Below, in pieces: positions 28,091-36,627 of a stretch of 64,000 nt of DNA (position 1 is its first letter; every line of letters starts with the position of its first letter). The notes beneath the pieces are model-generated. The model was given only the letters and a program-made list of their open reading frames with translations. It was not told the DNA's origin and did not search any database. This stretch comes from an uncultured Acidimicrobiales bacterium (GTDB taxonomy: Bacteria > Actinomycetota > Acidimicrobiia > Acidimicrobiales > DATKAS01). Both the position numbers and the translations under genes were made by a program. The stretch spans positions 902,350-966,349 of the forward strand of contig CAVZAF010000002.1 of assembly GCA_963773315.1 (NCBI GenBank), written 5' to 3'.

Positions 28091-28134
28091 GATTGATGAT
28101 TGAAGGGCGGCATATGCCCCGCCAATCATCAATC
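28091..28134. terminator. AT-rich 44-nt palindrome between convergent operons (putative bidirectional terminator or protein-binding site)
   Basis: Perfect 12-bp arms gattgatgattg (28091-28102) and caatcatcaatc (28123-28134) flank an imperfect GC-rich inner palindrome centred on catatg. It sits between the stop at 28081 (+) and the stop at 28145 (-). There is no clear U-tract. Confidence 0.55.
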
Positions 28135-28144
28135 CCGAGGCGCT

Positions 28145-28564
28145 TCAGGGGTCGCGCGGCGTGCTGAGTGGGCCGGCGGTGGGCGCTTGGTACTCGCCTA
28201 TCCACTCGTCCCTCCACGCGGGGTCGTACTGATCCGCGTTGCAGCTCGGGTGATAGATCGCCACGAGCTCGCGGACGATCTGCTCGCGGTGTGACAGGAG
28301 CCCGCCGGGCACCTCGTACGTACAGATCGAGAGCTTGTAACGATCGCCCGCCCGCTTGATCCAGCAAGCGGCGCGTCGGTGGTTGAACGGGAAGTGCTCG
28401 CTCGACAGGTCGGCGGACTCGCCCACGAAGATGACTGCGTACTGCTCGCCGCCCGAGTCCTTGCTGAGGATCGCGTAGACGGCGGCAATCGCGGGCGGAG
28501 TCCAGCCCGCGAGGACGCGCGGACCTTCGAACGGATACCCCGCGAGCGAGCCGAGGCGGATCAC
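28145..28564 (-). CDS. Hypothetical protein with a GIY-YIG-like N-terminal pattern (139 aa); last gene of the coxD-coxE operon
   Basis: GTG 28564. The sequence ...AIAAVYAILSKDSGGEQYAVIFVGESADLS...HREQIVRELVAIYHPSCN resembles a GIY..YIG beta-hairpin plus a helix. This is my pattern recognition only and is not a confirmed family assignment. Confidence 0.55.
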   Translation of the reverse strand: MIRLGSLAGYPFEGPRVLAGWTPPAIAAVYAILSKDSGGEQYAVIFVGESADLSSEHFPFNHRRAACWIKRAGDRYKLSICTYEVPGGLLSHREQIVRELVAIYHPSCNADQYDPAWRDEWIGEYQAPTAGPLSTPRDP

Positions 28565-28834
28565 TCGTCAGTCTCCTCGGCGATCGTCTCGACGCGCGGC
28601 GACGGGCCAGTCGGGGAGGCCGGCACGCTTCGCGGCCGCGACGAACTCCGCGATAGCGACTTCGACGGCGTCGTCGCTCGTCGGTGCCTCGACGACGATC
28701 TGTGCGCCATAGCTCGTGCTGCCGATGCCGGATGCGATCCCGCCGTGCGTCGCGACCGCGTCGGCGAGCTCGACGATCTCGTCGATCGTCATCTCGCGGT
28801 CGCCGTCGGCGACGAGCGACACGCTGAACTTCAT
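28561..28834 (-). CDS. Hypothetical small protein (~88-90 aa) translationally coupled to coxE; the C-terminal frame is ambiguous
   Basis: ATG 28834 overlaps the coxE TGA (ATGA). The sequence is MKFSVSLVADGDREMTIDEIVELADAVATHGGIASGIGSTSYGAQIVVEAP...KRAGLPDWPV. The listed frame stops at 28568. A 1-nt shift gives ...ETIAEETDE* with a GTGA overlap onto the next gene at 28561-28564. Confidence 0.6.
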
Positions 28835-29969
28835 CCCAGCTCGGGCAGCAGCTCGGCGAGCTCTTCGAGGCTGGCGAGGTCGTGTCCTGACAACAGCAGG
28901 TCGACGTGCGGCGCCGCGACCATCATCCCGAGCGTGCTGGGGCGGAAGTCGGTGGCCGTGCCCTTGTGTGGGTTCATCCACACGATCCGGTGGCTCAGCC
29001 TCGAGAGTCGCTCCATCGCCGCCGCGAGCACCGCGGGGTCACCCCGGTCGAGCCCGTCGGAGCAGATCACGACGATCGCCCCTCGGCTCACGCCTCGCCG
29101 CCCCCATCCCCGCACGAACGCGTCGAGGGAGTCGCCGATCCGGGTGCCTCCCTCCCAGTCGAAGACGAGCTTGGCCGCCTCGTCGAGTGCGTCGTCCGGG
29201 CGGCGTCGTTCGAGCGCCTTCGTGATCCGAGTGAGGCGGGTGCCGAAGCAGAACACCTCGACGCGCGACGTGGCGCGGCGTGTCGAGTACGCGAATTGCA
29301 GCAGCGCTCGCGAGTAGTCGGACATCGATCCGGACACGTCGAGGATCAGGATGACGGGGCGGGGCCGCCTTCGTCGTTGCCGCCAGAAGAGCTCCGCGGG
29401 CTCACCGTGCATCCGCATGGTCTCTCGCACTGTCCTGCGGATGTCGTTTTGGCCGGCGACCTGCGTGGGCTGGCGCGGTGCGTCGAGTGCGACGCCGCGG
29501 TGGCACCAGGCGGATGCGGTGGGCGATGCGCCGCAGCGCGGCGAGCTCCTCCGGGGTGCACGTCGGCGAACGACTTGGTGCGGAAGAGCTCGACGTCGGA
29601 TGCCACGAGGCCGAGGCGCGCCGGCCGATCGTCGGCATCGTCGTCCGCGCCAGGCTCGGTGGCGGGGATCTCGAGCACCGCGTTCGGCGTGTGCGGCCGG
29701 GCTGATCGCGACTCTGAACGGCTCAGGCAGCCCGTCGTGCTCGTCGAGGAAGAACGGCGGAACACCCGGTCGTAGGTCGGGATCTGCTCACGCCGGCGCG
29801 ACGAGTGTCGTGCGCCCGGCCCAGTAGAGGTCGACGAGGTCGGTCGGGATCGAGCGCCGCCATCGCCTCGCAGTACGTGACCACGTCTCCTGATCCGACC
29901 GCGATGCCGTCGGCGCGGCAGCTCGTTGCCGAACGCGACGAAGAGGTCGACGTAGGGCGACTCAGCCAC
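28831..29969 (-). CDS. coxE: CoxE-like von Willebrand factor A domain protein (at least three or four apparent frameshifts)
   Basis: The C-terminal vWA half is intact (ILILDVSGSMSDY MIDAS motif...ICSDGLDRGD...). The N-terminal half is recoverable only by frame switching: VAESPYVDLFVAFGNEL|RADGIAVGSGDVVTYCEAMAALD...|ARREQIPTYDRVFRR|FFLDEHDG...|EELAALRRIAHRIRL. Confidence 0.8.
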
Positions 29970-30830
29970 CAGAGATGACGTTCTCGAGGTTCTCGCGCAC
30001 GAGCTCGAGGTCGTCGCGCTCCTTCACGACCGCGCCGAGCGTGTCGTCCGCCGAGCGCGCGTCGAGGTCGGTCTCGCCGAGCACCGTGAGGGTGTTCACC
30101 CAGTCGATCGTCTCCGCGACGCCCGGGGGCTTCGCCAGGTCGAGCTCGCGCAGGCGGTGCACGGCGGCCACGACCTTGCGTGCGAGCACGTCGGACACGG
30201 CGGGAGCGCGCACGAGCACGATCTCGACTTCACGCTCGGGCGCTCGGGTAGCCGACCCAGTGATAGAGGCAGCGGCGCTTCAACGCGTCGTGCAGCTCAC
30301 GGGTGCGGTTCGAGGTCAGCACGACGAGCGGTGGCCGGTCGGCCGTGATCGTGCCGATCTCGGGGATCGTGATCTGGAAGTCGGAGAGCAGCTCGAGCAG
30401 GAACGCCTCGAACTCGTCGTCGGCCCGGTCGATCTCGTCGATGAGCAGCACCGCGCGGTCGCCGGTGCGCAGCGCGTCGAGCAACGGTCGCTCGAGGAGG
30501 AACTTCGGCCCGAAGAGCTTGTCGACTTGCTCGTCGTCGGCGACCTGCTGCTCGGACAGGGCGCGGATCTGCAGCATCTGGCGCGCGTAGTCCCATTCGT
30601 AGAGGGCCTGGTTCGTGTCGATGCCCTCGTAGCACTGCAGAGCGGATGAGACGACGATCGAGCACCGAGGCCATCGCCTTCGCGACCTCGGTCTTTCCGA
30701 CGCCTACCTCTCCTTCGAGCAAGAGCGGGCGGCCGAGCGACAGCGCGACGTAGACCGCAGTGGCCAGTCCGCGGTCGGCCAGGTACCCACCTCCTCGAAG
30801 GAGGTCAGTGAGCTCGCCGACGTTGTTCAG
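29962..30830 (-). CDS. coxD: CoxD-like MoxR-type AAA+ ATPase (two apparent frameshifts; non-canonical CTG at the expected start)
   Basis: Three ORF pieces join as NNVGELTDLLRGGGYLADRGLATAVYVALSLGRPLLLEGEVGVGKTEVAKAMA...LIR|LQCYEGIDTNQALYEWDYARQML...LLIDEIDRADDEFEAFLLELL...YHWVGYPSAR|EREVEIVLVRAP.... Frame changes lie near 30650-30660 and 30220-30232. Confidence 0.85.
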
Positions 30831-31071
30831 CGGGACTCGGGCGGGCCGAGGACGAGGTCGCGGATGCTGCCGCCCGAGGTGCTGAGCTTCCCCTCGCGGG
30901 CGAGACTTCTCGCCAGGCGCTCGTGAGGTCGCTGCCCGAGTCGGCGTACCCGTCGAAGGTGATGTCACGCATGTTCTTGCAGTTCTTCGTCGGGCTGCAG
31001 TCGTCGTCGAGGTCGGAGCCGGTCTCGTCTTGCGCGGCCCACACTGCCCGCAGCACCTCGAGCGGCATCAT
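30827..31071 (-). CDS. Hypothetical small protein (~81 aa) between the XdhC-like gene and coxD (one apparent frameshift)
   Basis: ATG 31071 overlaps the upstream TGA (ATGA). The sequence is MMPLEVLRAVWAAQDETGSDLDDDCSPTKNCKNMRDITFDGYADSGSDLTS.... A second frame gives ...RLARSLAREGKLSTSGGSIRDLVLGPPESR*. Its TGA (30827-30829) overlaps the codon where coxD should start. Confidence 0.45.
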
Positions 31072-31974
31072 CGGACTGGTTGCGTCATCGGTATCCAGTG
31101 TACGCGGGACCGGTCTCTGCCTGCCTCGACGGCGATCGCTTCGGCCAGGATCGAGATGGCGACCTTCGCGGGAGTGTCCGCACCGATGTCGAGGCCTGCG
31201 GGCCCGTGGATGCGGTCGATATCGGTGACGCCGCGGTAGGCGAGCCAGTCGGCGCGTGACTTGGCGCATCCGTTGCGACCGCCGATCGCACCGATGTAGC
31301 CGACGTCGCTGTCGAGCGCAGCCGACGAGCGCCGGTGCCGGCGAGCTCGATGTCGTGCGCGGCGACCACGAGCTTGTCGAGCGGAGCCAGCGCCGCGATG
31401 AGGCCGGTGGCGGTCGACACGTCGTTGGTGTCTGCGTCTGCCAGCCGAGCAGGGCAGCCGCGGCGCCGAGGCGTCGGCGATCGGGCCAGTCCCCACGATG
31501 ACGACCTTCGTCACGGGGAACAGGATGGTGACGACACGATCGCTGGCGACGACGGTGTGGCTCGGGCTTGTCGGTGGACCGACCTCGAGCAGCTCGGTCC
31601 CGGTCACGTCCTCGCCGTCCAGATGAGTGACGAGGCCGATGGGCTTGGCCGAGCGAGCAGCAGCGCTCCAGAGGTCCGTTGGGAGGTCGGTTGCCGGGAT
31701 CACGAGGCATCGGACCGTGCCGCCGCGGGGAAGCCCGGCGACGAGTGCATCGACGTCGGTGATGGTCACGTCGACGAGCCGGTTGCGGGGGAGGTCCGGC
31801 TCGGCCGTCGAGTGCTCCGCCGAGCAGTGAGCCAACGCGCCCACCACCGGGGGTGATCGCGATCGCGTCGGTCGCGTCCCGATCAGGAAAGTCGTCGCTC
31901 TCGACGATCCAGGCGACGTCGACCTTGGTGCCGGCGCGCAAGCAGGCGGCGACGCTCAGGGCGATCCCGTACAC
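31068..31974 (-). CDS. XdhC/CoxF/CoxI-family maturation protein (at least four apparent frameshifts)
   Basis: From GTG 31974: VYGIALSVAACLRAGTKVDVAWIVESDD...AITPGGGRVGSLLGGALD. Later pieces in other frames are ...KVVIVGTGPIADA, ...LAPLDKLVVAAHDIEL and ...DSDVGYIGAIGGRNGCAKSRADWLAYRGV...GPAGLDIGADTPAKVAISILAEAIAV. Confidence 0.75.
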
Positions 31975-31983
31975 GGCCTGAGC

Positions 31984-32470
31984 CTAAGAGCGTGCGGGCG
32001 AGAACAAGTACCGGAGCATCGGCCCCGACTCGGTGTGCTCCCACGCCTCGGCCTCGCTGTCGAGCACGAAGCCAGCGCGTTCGGCCACGCGGCAGCGACG
32101 CGATGTTGCGTTCATCGACGATCGCGACGAACCCGTCGACCGGGAGGTGTGTGACGCCCCACGCGACGGCGAGCTGCACGGCTGCGGTCGCATGCCCGCA
32201 GCGGCGGAAGGCGGGGAACACGACGTACGACACGTTTGCGCGACTGTCCTCCCGCACGCGGAGCTCGACGCCGCCGGCAAGGGCCCCGTCGACCCAGATG
32301 CCCCACTGCCGAACCGGCCCCTCGTCGCGCCATCCCGCGCTCCATCGTTCGATCGCCCGCTCGACGTCCGCCAGCGAGGCGGCGGGCATCTGGAACCAGC
32401 GCAGCTGCTCTGCGTCCTCACCCGCCAGCCACGCCGGCGCATCCGACAGCTGGAGCGCTCGGAGGTTCAC
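31984..32470 (-). CDS. GNAT-family N-acetyltransferase (one apparent frameshift near 32085-32105)
   Basis: From GTG 32470: VNLRALQLSDAPAWLAGEDAEQLRWF...WGIWVDGALAGGVELRV...YVVFPAFRRCGHATAAVQLAVAW.... The sequence then shifts into ...RVAERAGFVLDSEAEAWEHTESGPMLRYLFSPARS*. Confidence 0.7.
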
Positions 32471-33778
32471 GCGGGCGGCGCTGGCGCGGGCTCGGTTCTC
32501 GGACAATGTGCGCTCAGCGTCGTTGCTTGCGAGCACGGCGGCGCGCGCGAAGGCGTCAGCGGCTTCGGCATCGCGACCGAGCCTCTCGAGGAGGTCGCCG
32601 CGCACGCTGTGGAACAGGTGATAGCGATCGAGCGTGCCGGCTTCGGCGAGCGCGTCGACGAGTCGCAAGCCCTCTGCAGGCCCCGAGGCCATCGAGACAG
32701 CAACCGCACGGTTGAGCTCGATGATGGGGGAGCCGGTCGCGTCCATGAGTCGCTCGTACAGCAGCACGACGCGCGGCCAGTCGGTGGCTTCGACGCTGCT
32801 GGCGCGTGAGTGGCACGCCGCGATCGCTGCTTGCAGCGTGTACGGACCGGGCTCGGGCTGCAGCGCTTCGGCGCGCTCCAGCGCGGCGAGGCCGAGGTGG
32901 ATGTGCAGGCGGTCCCAACGTCGCCGGTCTTGGTCCGCGAGCAGCACGACCTCGCCCGAGGGCCCGAGCCGAGCGCCGAGCCGGGACGACTGCAGCTCCA
33001 TGAGCGCGACGAGCCCGTGGACTTCGGCCTCGTCGGGCGACAGGCGCGCGAGCTGGCGCCCGAGGCGCAGCGCCTCATGACACAGATCAGGGCGAGTCCA
33101 TTGCGCTCCCGACGTCGCGGTGTAGCCCTCGTTGAAGATGACGTAGATCACCTCGAGCACCGATTTCAGCCGCGTCGAGCGCTCCTCGCCCTCGGGCACC
33201 TCGAACGGCACGCCCGCCGCGGCGATCGTCTTCTTCGCTCGCACGATCCGCTGGGCGACAGTGCTCTCGGGCTGGAGGTAGGCCCGGGCGATCTCCGCTG
33301 TCGAGAGGCCGCCGACCAGCCGGAGCGTCAACGCAGCTCTCGACGCCATCGGCAGCACGGGATGACACGCGACGAACATCATCCGCAGCCGGTCGTCCTC
33401 GATCGCGCCGTCGTCGACGTCGGGCTCGAGCGCGGTCTCGACCGTCAGCGGAGCGAGCTTCTGGTACTTGGCGCTCAGCGTCCGGTCACGCCGGAACCGG
33501 TCGACCGCCTTTCGCTTCGCGACCGCCATCAACCACGCCCCGGGGTTTCGAGGCACCCCGTCGCGCGGCCACTGCACCATCGCGTCGGTGAGAGCGTCTT
33601 GTGCGAGGTCCTCAGCGAGGCCGACGTCGTCCACCTGGCGAGCGAGGCCCGCGACGAGACGGGGAAACTCGATGCGAAACACCGTCTCGATCGCGCGGCC
33701 CGTGGAATTGTCAGCGTCCGCGTCGCCGGTCACTCCACCGATTGAACCACCAGCGCGGTCGACGACGAGAAGGGTCAC
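32467..33778 (-). CDS. ECF sigma factor with a long C-terminal TPR-like extension (ECF42-like); the 3' end is ambiguous
   Basis: GTG 33778 overlaps the upstream TGA (GTGA). Region 2 reads FRIEFPRLVAGLARQV...DLAQDAL, and region 4 reads RAALTLRLVGGLSTAEIARAYLQPESTVAQRIVRAKK. A ~250-aa extension follows. As sequenced it runs in frame into the GNAT gene. A TGA at 32467-32469 in another frame would give a GTGA junction. Confidence 0.8.
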
Positions 33779-34119
33779 TCCGGACCGAACACCGGCCGCA
33801 CCCGGACCTCGCCCTCGCCGAGCACCCCGAGGAACCGCTTCGACCACTCGATCGCCTCGGCGAGGTCGCGGCACTCCATCAACGCCCAGCCCCCGATGAG
33901 CTCCTTCGCTTCGGTGAACGGGCCGTCGACAACGGTGTACTCGCCGTTGCTCAGCGAGATCTTCGCCCCCATCGCCGTCGGGCCGATGCCGCCGGTCGCG
34001 ACGAGCACGCCCGCATCGATCGCCCCTTTGGCGAAGACGTCCATGCGCGCCATCAGGTCCGGGTCCGGCGGGGGCATGGGCACCGACTCGTCACCGAGTG
34101 TGTAGCCGAGGAAACGCAT
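33775..34119 (-). CDS. YCII-related (DGPF motif) protein
   Basis: 114-aa ORF containing ...YTVVDGPFTEAKELIGGWALMECRDLAEAIEW.... The DGPF motif is present, and the gene sits directly upstream of the ECF sigma factor. Confidence 0.85.
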   Translation of the reverse strand: MRFLGYTLGDESVPMPPPDPDLMARMDVFAKGAIDAGVLVATGGIGPTAMGAKISLSNGEYTVVDGPFTEAKELIGGWALMECRDLAEAIEWSKRFLGVLGEGEVRVRPVFGPE

Positions 34120-34207
34120 GAGATCCTCCTGGGGGTCTCCGGAGGCGGTCCCAGCGACTGCCTCTCACCAGTGCGTCGAACGACACCGGCGAAGATCGAC
34201 AACTGAG

Positions 34208-34279
34208 CGCCCTCGGCAGGATTCGAACCTGCGCACCCGGCTCCGGAGGCCGATGCTCTATCCCCTGAGCTACGAGGGC
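34208..34279 (-). tRNA. tRNA-Arg (anticodon CCG)
   Basis: The reverse complement reads GCCCTCGTAGCTCAGGGGATAGAGCATCGGCCTCCGGAGCCGGGTGCGCAGGTTCGAATCCTGCCGAGGGCG. It folds as a cloverleaf with a 7-bp acceptor stem, a GCTC/GAGC D stem, anticodon loop CTCCGGA and T-loop TTCGAAT. No CCA is encoded. Confidence 0.9.
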
Positions 34280-34314
34280 GGGGAGTTCGAGGGTAGTCGC
34301 GCGAGACTCCCGCG

Positions 34315-35826
34315 ATGTCGGGTCCGCCTGTCGACGTGATCATCGTGGGAGGCGGCTCAGCCGGATGCGTGCTCGCGGCACGGTTGAGTGAGGATCCCCA
34401 TCGGTCCGTCCTCCTCCTGGAGTCCGGTCCAGACTGGAGGCCGGCCGATGCGGCCTCAGAGATCCGGTCGCTGAACCCTGGGCTCGTCATCGGCGAAGCG
34501 AAGTTCGACGACTTGCAGTACCCCGCGTTGCTCGCCCGGCGCACGCGCCACCAAGAGCCCGAGCTGTTCTGGCGCGGACGCGGCGTCGGCGGCTCGTCGA
34601 CGATCAACGGGATCCTCGCGATCCGCCCGCTGCCCGAAGACCACGACGGCTGGTCGCTGCCGGGCTGGGCGTGGGACGACGTGCTGCCCGCGTACCGACG
34701 GCTCGAGACCGAGCACGACTTCGGCGCCGACCCCTGGCACGGCACCGACGGGCCGATGCCGATCTTCCGCATCCCGCGGGAACGGTGGGGTGCTGTCGAT
34801 CGGGCGCTCTGCGACGCGGCCCTCGCCGCCGGCTACGGATGGTGTGCGGATCACAACGCGCCCACCGGAGAGGGCGTGTCGCCATACGCGATCAACGGTG
34901 ACCCGGTCCGCGAGGAGCGCGTCACCACGAACGACGCGTACCTCGAGGCCGCTCGCGACCGGCCGAACCTGCGCATCGTCGGCGACGCGTTGGTCGATCG
35001 GGTGCTCATCGAGGACTTGCGTGCCGTCGGCGTGCGCGTGCGTCTCGACGGGGAGTGGACGACGATCGAGGGCGGTCAGGTCGTCCTCAGCGCGGGGGCC
35101 GTGCACTCGCCTGCGATCCTCCTGCGCTCCGGGATCGGGCCAGGGCTGTCGATCGACCTGCCGGTCGGCGAGCATCTGCAGGACCATCCCGTCGTCTACG
35201 CCGTGGTGCCACTGCGCACCGAGGCGCAGCCCGCGACGCCGTTCGACCGTCACACCAACGTGTGCCTGCGCTACTCGTCAGGGCTCGCCGGCGCGGGACG
35301 CAACGACATGATGATCGTCGGGATGAACCGCACGCCGGTCGGTCCGGTCGGTCTCGTCGGTGTGTGGATCAACGAGTGCTTCTCGGAGGGAAGGCTGCGG
35401 CTCGCGTCGCCTGATCCGACCGTCGACCCGTTGATCGACGAGGACATGGTCAGCGACGAGCGCGATCGAGTGCGCATGGTCGACGGGGTGCGCCGCATCA
35501 TCGAGCTCGTGGCGTCCGGCGCCGTGCAGGACCTCGCCGCCGCCCCCATGTTCGATCGGCTCGGCGGTGCGATGCCCACGGCCGACTTCACCGACGGCGA
35601 GCTGGCCGACTGGGCCGATCGCGCTTCGAGCGACGCGCAGCACATCTGCGGCACCGCGCGGATGGGGCTCGGCGACGACGCGGTGGTCGATCCCCTTTGT
35701 CAGGTGCGCGGTGTCGATGCGCTGAAGGTCGTCGACGCGTCGGTGTTCCCGCGAGTGCCGCGCGCGAACACCCACCTGATGGTGCTCGCGACTGCGGAGG
35801 TCATCGCTCGCTCAGGAACGTGGTGA
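34315..35826 (+). CDS. GMC-family FAD-dependent oxidoreductase (choline dehydrogenase-like)
   Basis: 503-aa ORF with the dinucleotide fold VDVIIVGGGSAGCVLAARLSED and the GMC signature GRGVGGSSTINGI. The C-terminus contains ...HICGTARMG... Confidence 0.9.
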   Translation: MSGPPVDVIIVGGGSAGCVLAARLSEDPHRSVLLLESGPDWRPADAASEIRSLNPGLVIGEAKFDDLQYPALLARRTRHQEPELFWRGRGVGGSSTINGILAIRPLPEDHDGWSLPGWAWDDVLPAYRRLETEHDFGADPWHGTDGPMPIFRIPRERWGAVDRALCDAALAAGYGWCADHNAPTGEGVSPYAINGDPVREERVTTNDAYLEAARDRPNLRIVGDALVDRVLIEDLRAVGVRVRLDGEWTTIEGGQVVLSAGAVHSPAILLRSGIGPGLSIDLPVGEHLQDHPVVYAVVPLRTEAQPATPFDRHTNVCLRYSSGLAGAGRNDMMIVGMNRTPVGPVGLVGVWINECFSEGRLRLASPDPTVDPLIDEDMVSDERDRVRMVDGVRRIIELVASGAVQDLAAAPMFDRLGGAMPTADFTDGELADWADRASSDAQHICGTARMGLGDDAVVDPLCQVRGVDALKVVDASVFPRVPRANTHLMVLATAEVIARSGTW

Positions 35827-36603
35827 GGTGTGTGAGGTAGGCCGCGAGCGTGGGTGACGCGTGCACCGTGTGCGTTGCGCCTTCGACCTCGTAGATGCGA
35901 GCGTGCGGATTGCCCTTGGCGAATCGCTCGGCATCGTCGGGCGTGAAGACCGCCCCTACCTTCGGATCGGCGCGCACGATCGTGACGGGGCACCCGAGAG
36001 GCGCGTCGGGATCGAACTCGCGCCAGACGATCCCCTCGATCGCGGCGTCCATCGTCGTCGGATCCCACAGCACGAGGGACTGACAGCGCACCTCCACCTC
36101 GTCGGCGGCAGTCTCGACGACGAGCGAGCGATAGTCGTCGGCTCTGGCCCCGTGCGCTTGTCGCTCGCGCACGGCGGCGACGAGCGCGGGGAAGAACTTC
36201 GCGGTGGGGCTCGCCGCACGGCGGGCGTCGTCGCCCTCGTAGAGCGGCGGGTCCTCGAGGAAGAGAGCAGTCACGAGGTCGGGTCGGCCTGCGCGAGCGC
36301 GACGGCGACGACGCCGCCGAGGGAGTGGCCGACGACGGTCGTGGGGCGGCCGATCTCTGAGTCGATGAGCGCGGCGATGTCGGATGCGTAGCTGTCGGCG
36401 TCGTAGGTCTCGAGAGTCGCACGAGTCGACTCGCCATGGCCGCGCAGGTCGACGTTCCAGACGTCCCCGGCGATCTCACCGACCACGCTCCGATAGGCGA
36501 GCCGGCTCCCCGAGAGCCCGTGCAAGAGCACCACGGCCGGGAGGTCGGGGTCACCGACGCGGTCGTAGGCAAGGGTCTGGCCGGTGACGACTGAGGCGCG
36601 CAC
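35801..36603 (-). CDS. Alpha/beta hydrolase (one apparent frameshift near 36272-36280)
   Basis: From GTG 36603: VRASVVTGQTLAYDRVGDPDLPAVVLLHGLSGS...VVGHSLGGVVAVALAQADP (nucleophile elbow GHSLG). The sequence then shifts into ORF 35801-36274 (...LFLEDPPLY...GATHTVH...). Confidence 0.8.
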
Positions 36604-36627
36604 GAAGGGCAACGTTACGATCAGCCA

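Noticed and set aside
28831-30830. MoxR AAA+ / vWA pair as part of an antiphage or other stand-alone system
   Set aside because: The pair sits in a form I CO dehydrogenase locus with two XdhC-like genes and coxG. The CoxD-like N-terminus (GYLADR...LLLEGEVGVGKTE) and the CoxE-like N-terminal domain fit the known CODH maturation factors. Only the two extra downstream genes remain unexplained; they are reported separately.
28800-32000. Interpretation of the heavily frame-broken coxE, coxD and XdhC-like genes as decayed pseudogenes (a dead cox maturation operon)
   Set aside because: The same kind of frame breaks affects ilvC, serC, lysA and the aminotransferase, which are unlikely to be dispensable. 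The correct frames carry no premature stops and keep their motifs intact. Sequence error is therefore the more economical reading, although real decay cannot be excluded from this window alone.
34120-34320. tRNA-Arg as an integration site for a genomic island
   Set aside because: There is no integrase, excisionase or transposase on either side. I saw no direct repeat of the tRNA 3' end in the window, and the flanking genes (YCII/sigma, GMC oxidoreductase, argS, lysA) look like ordinary chromosomal content.
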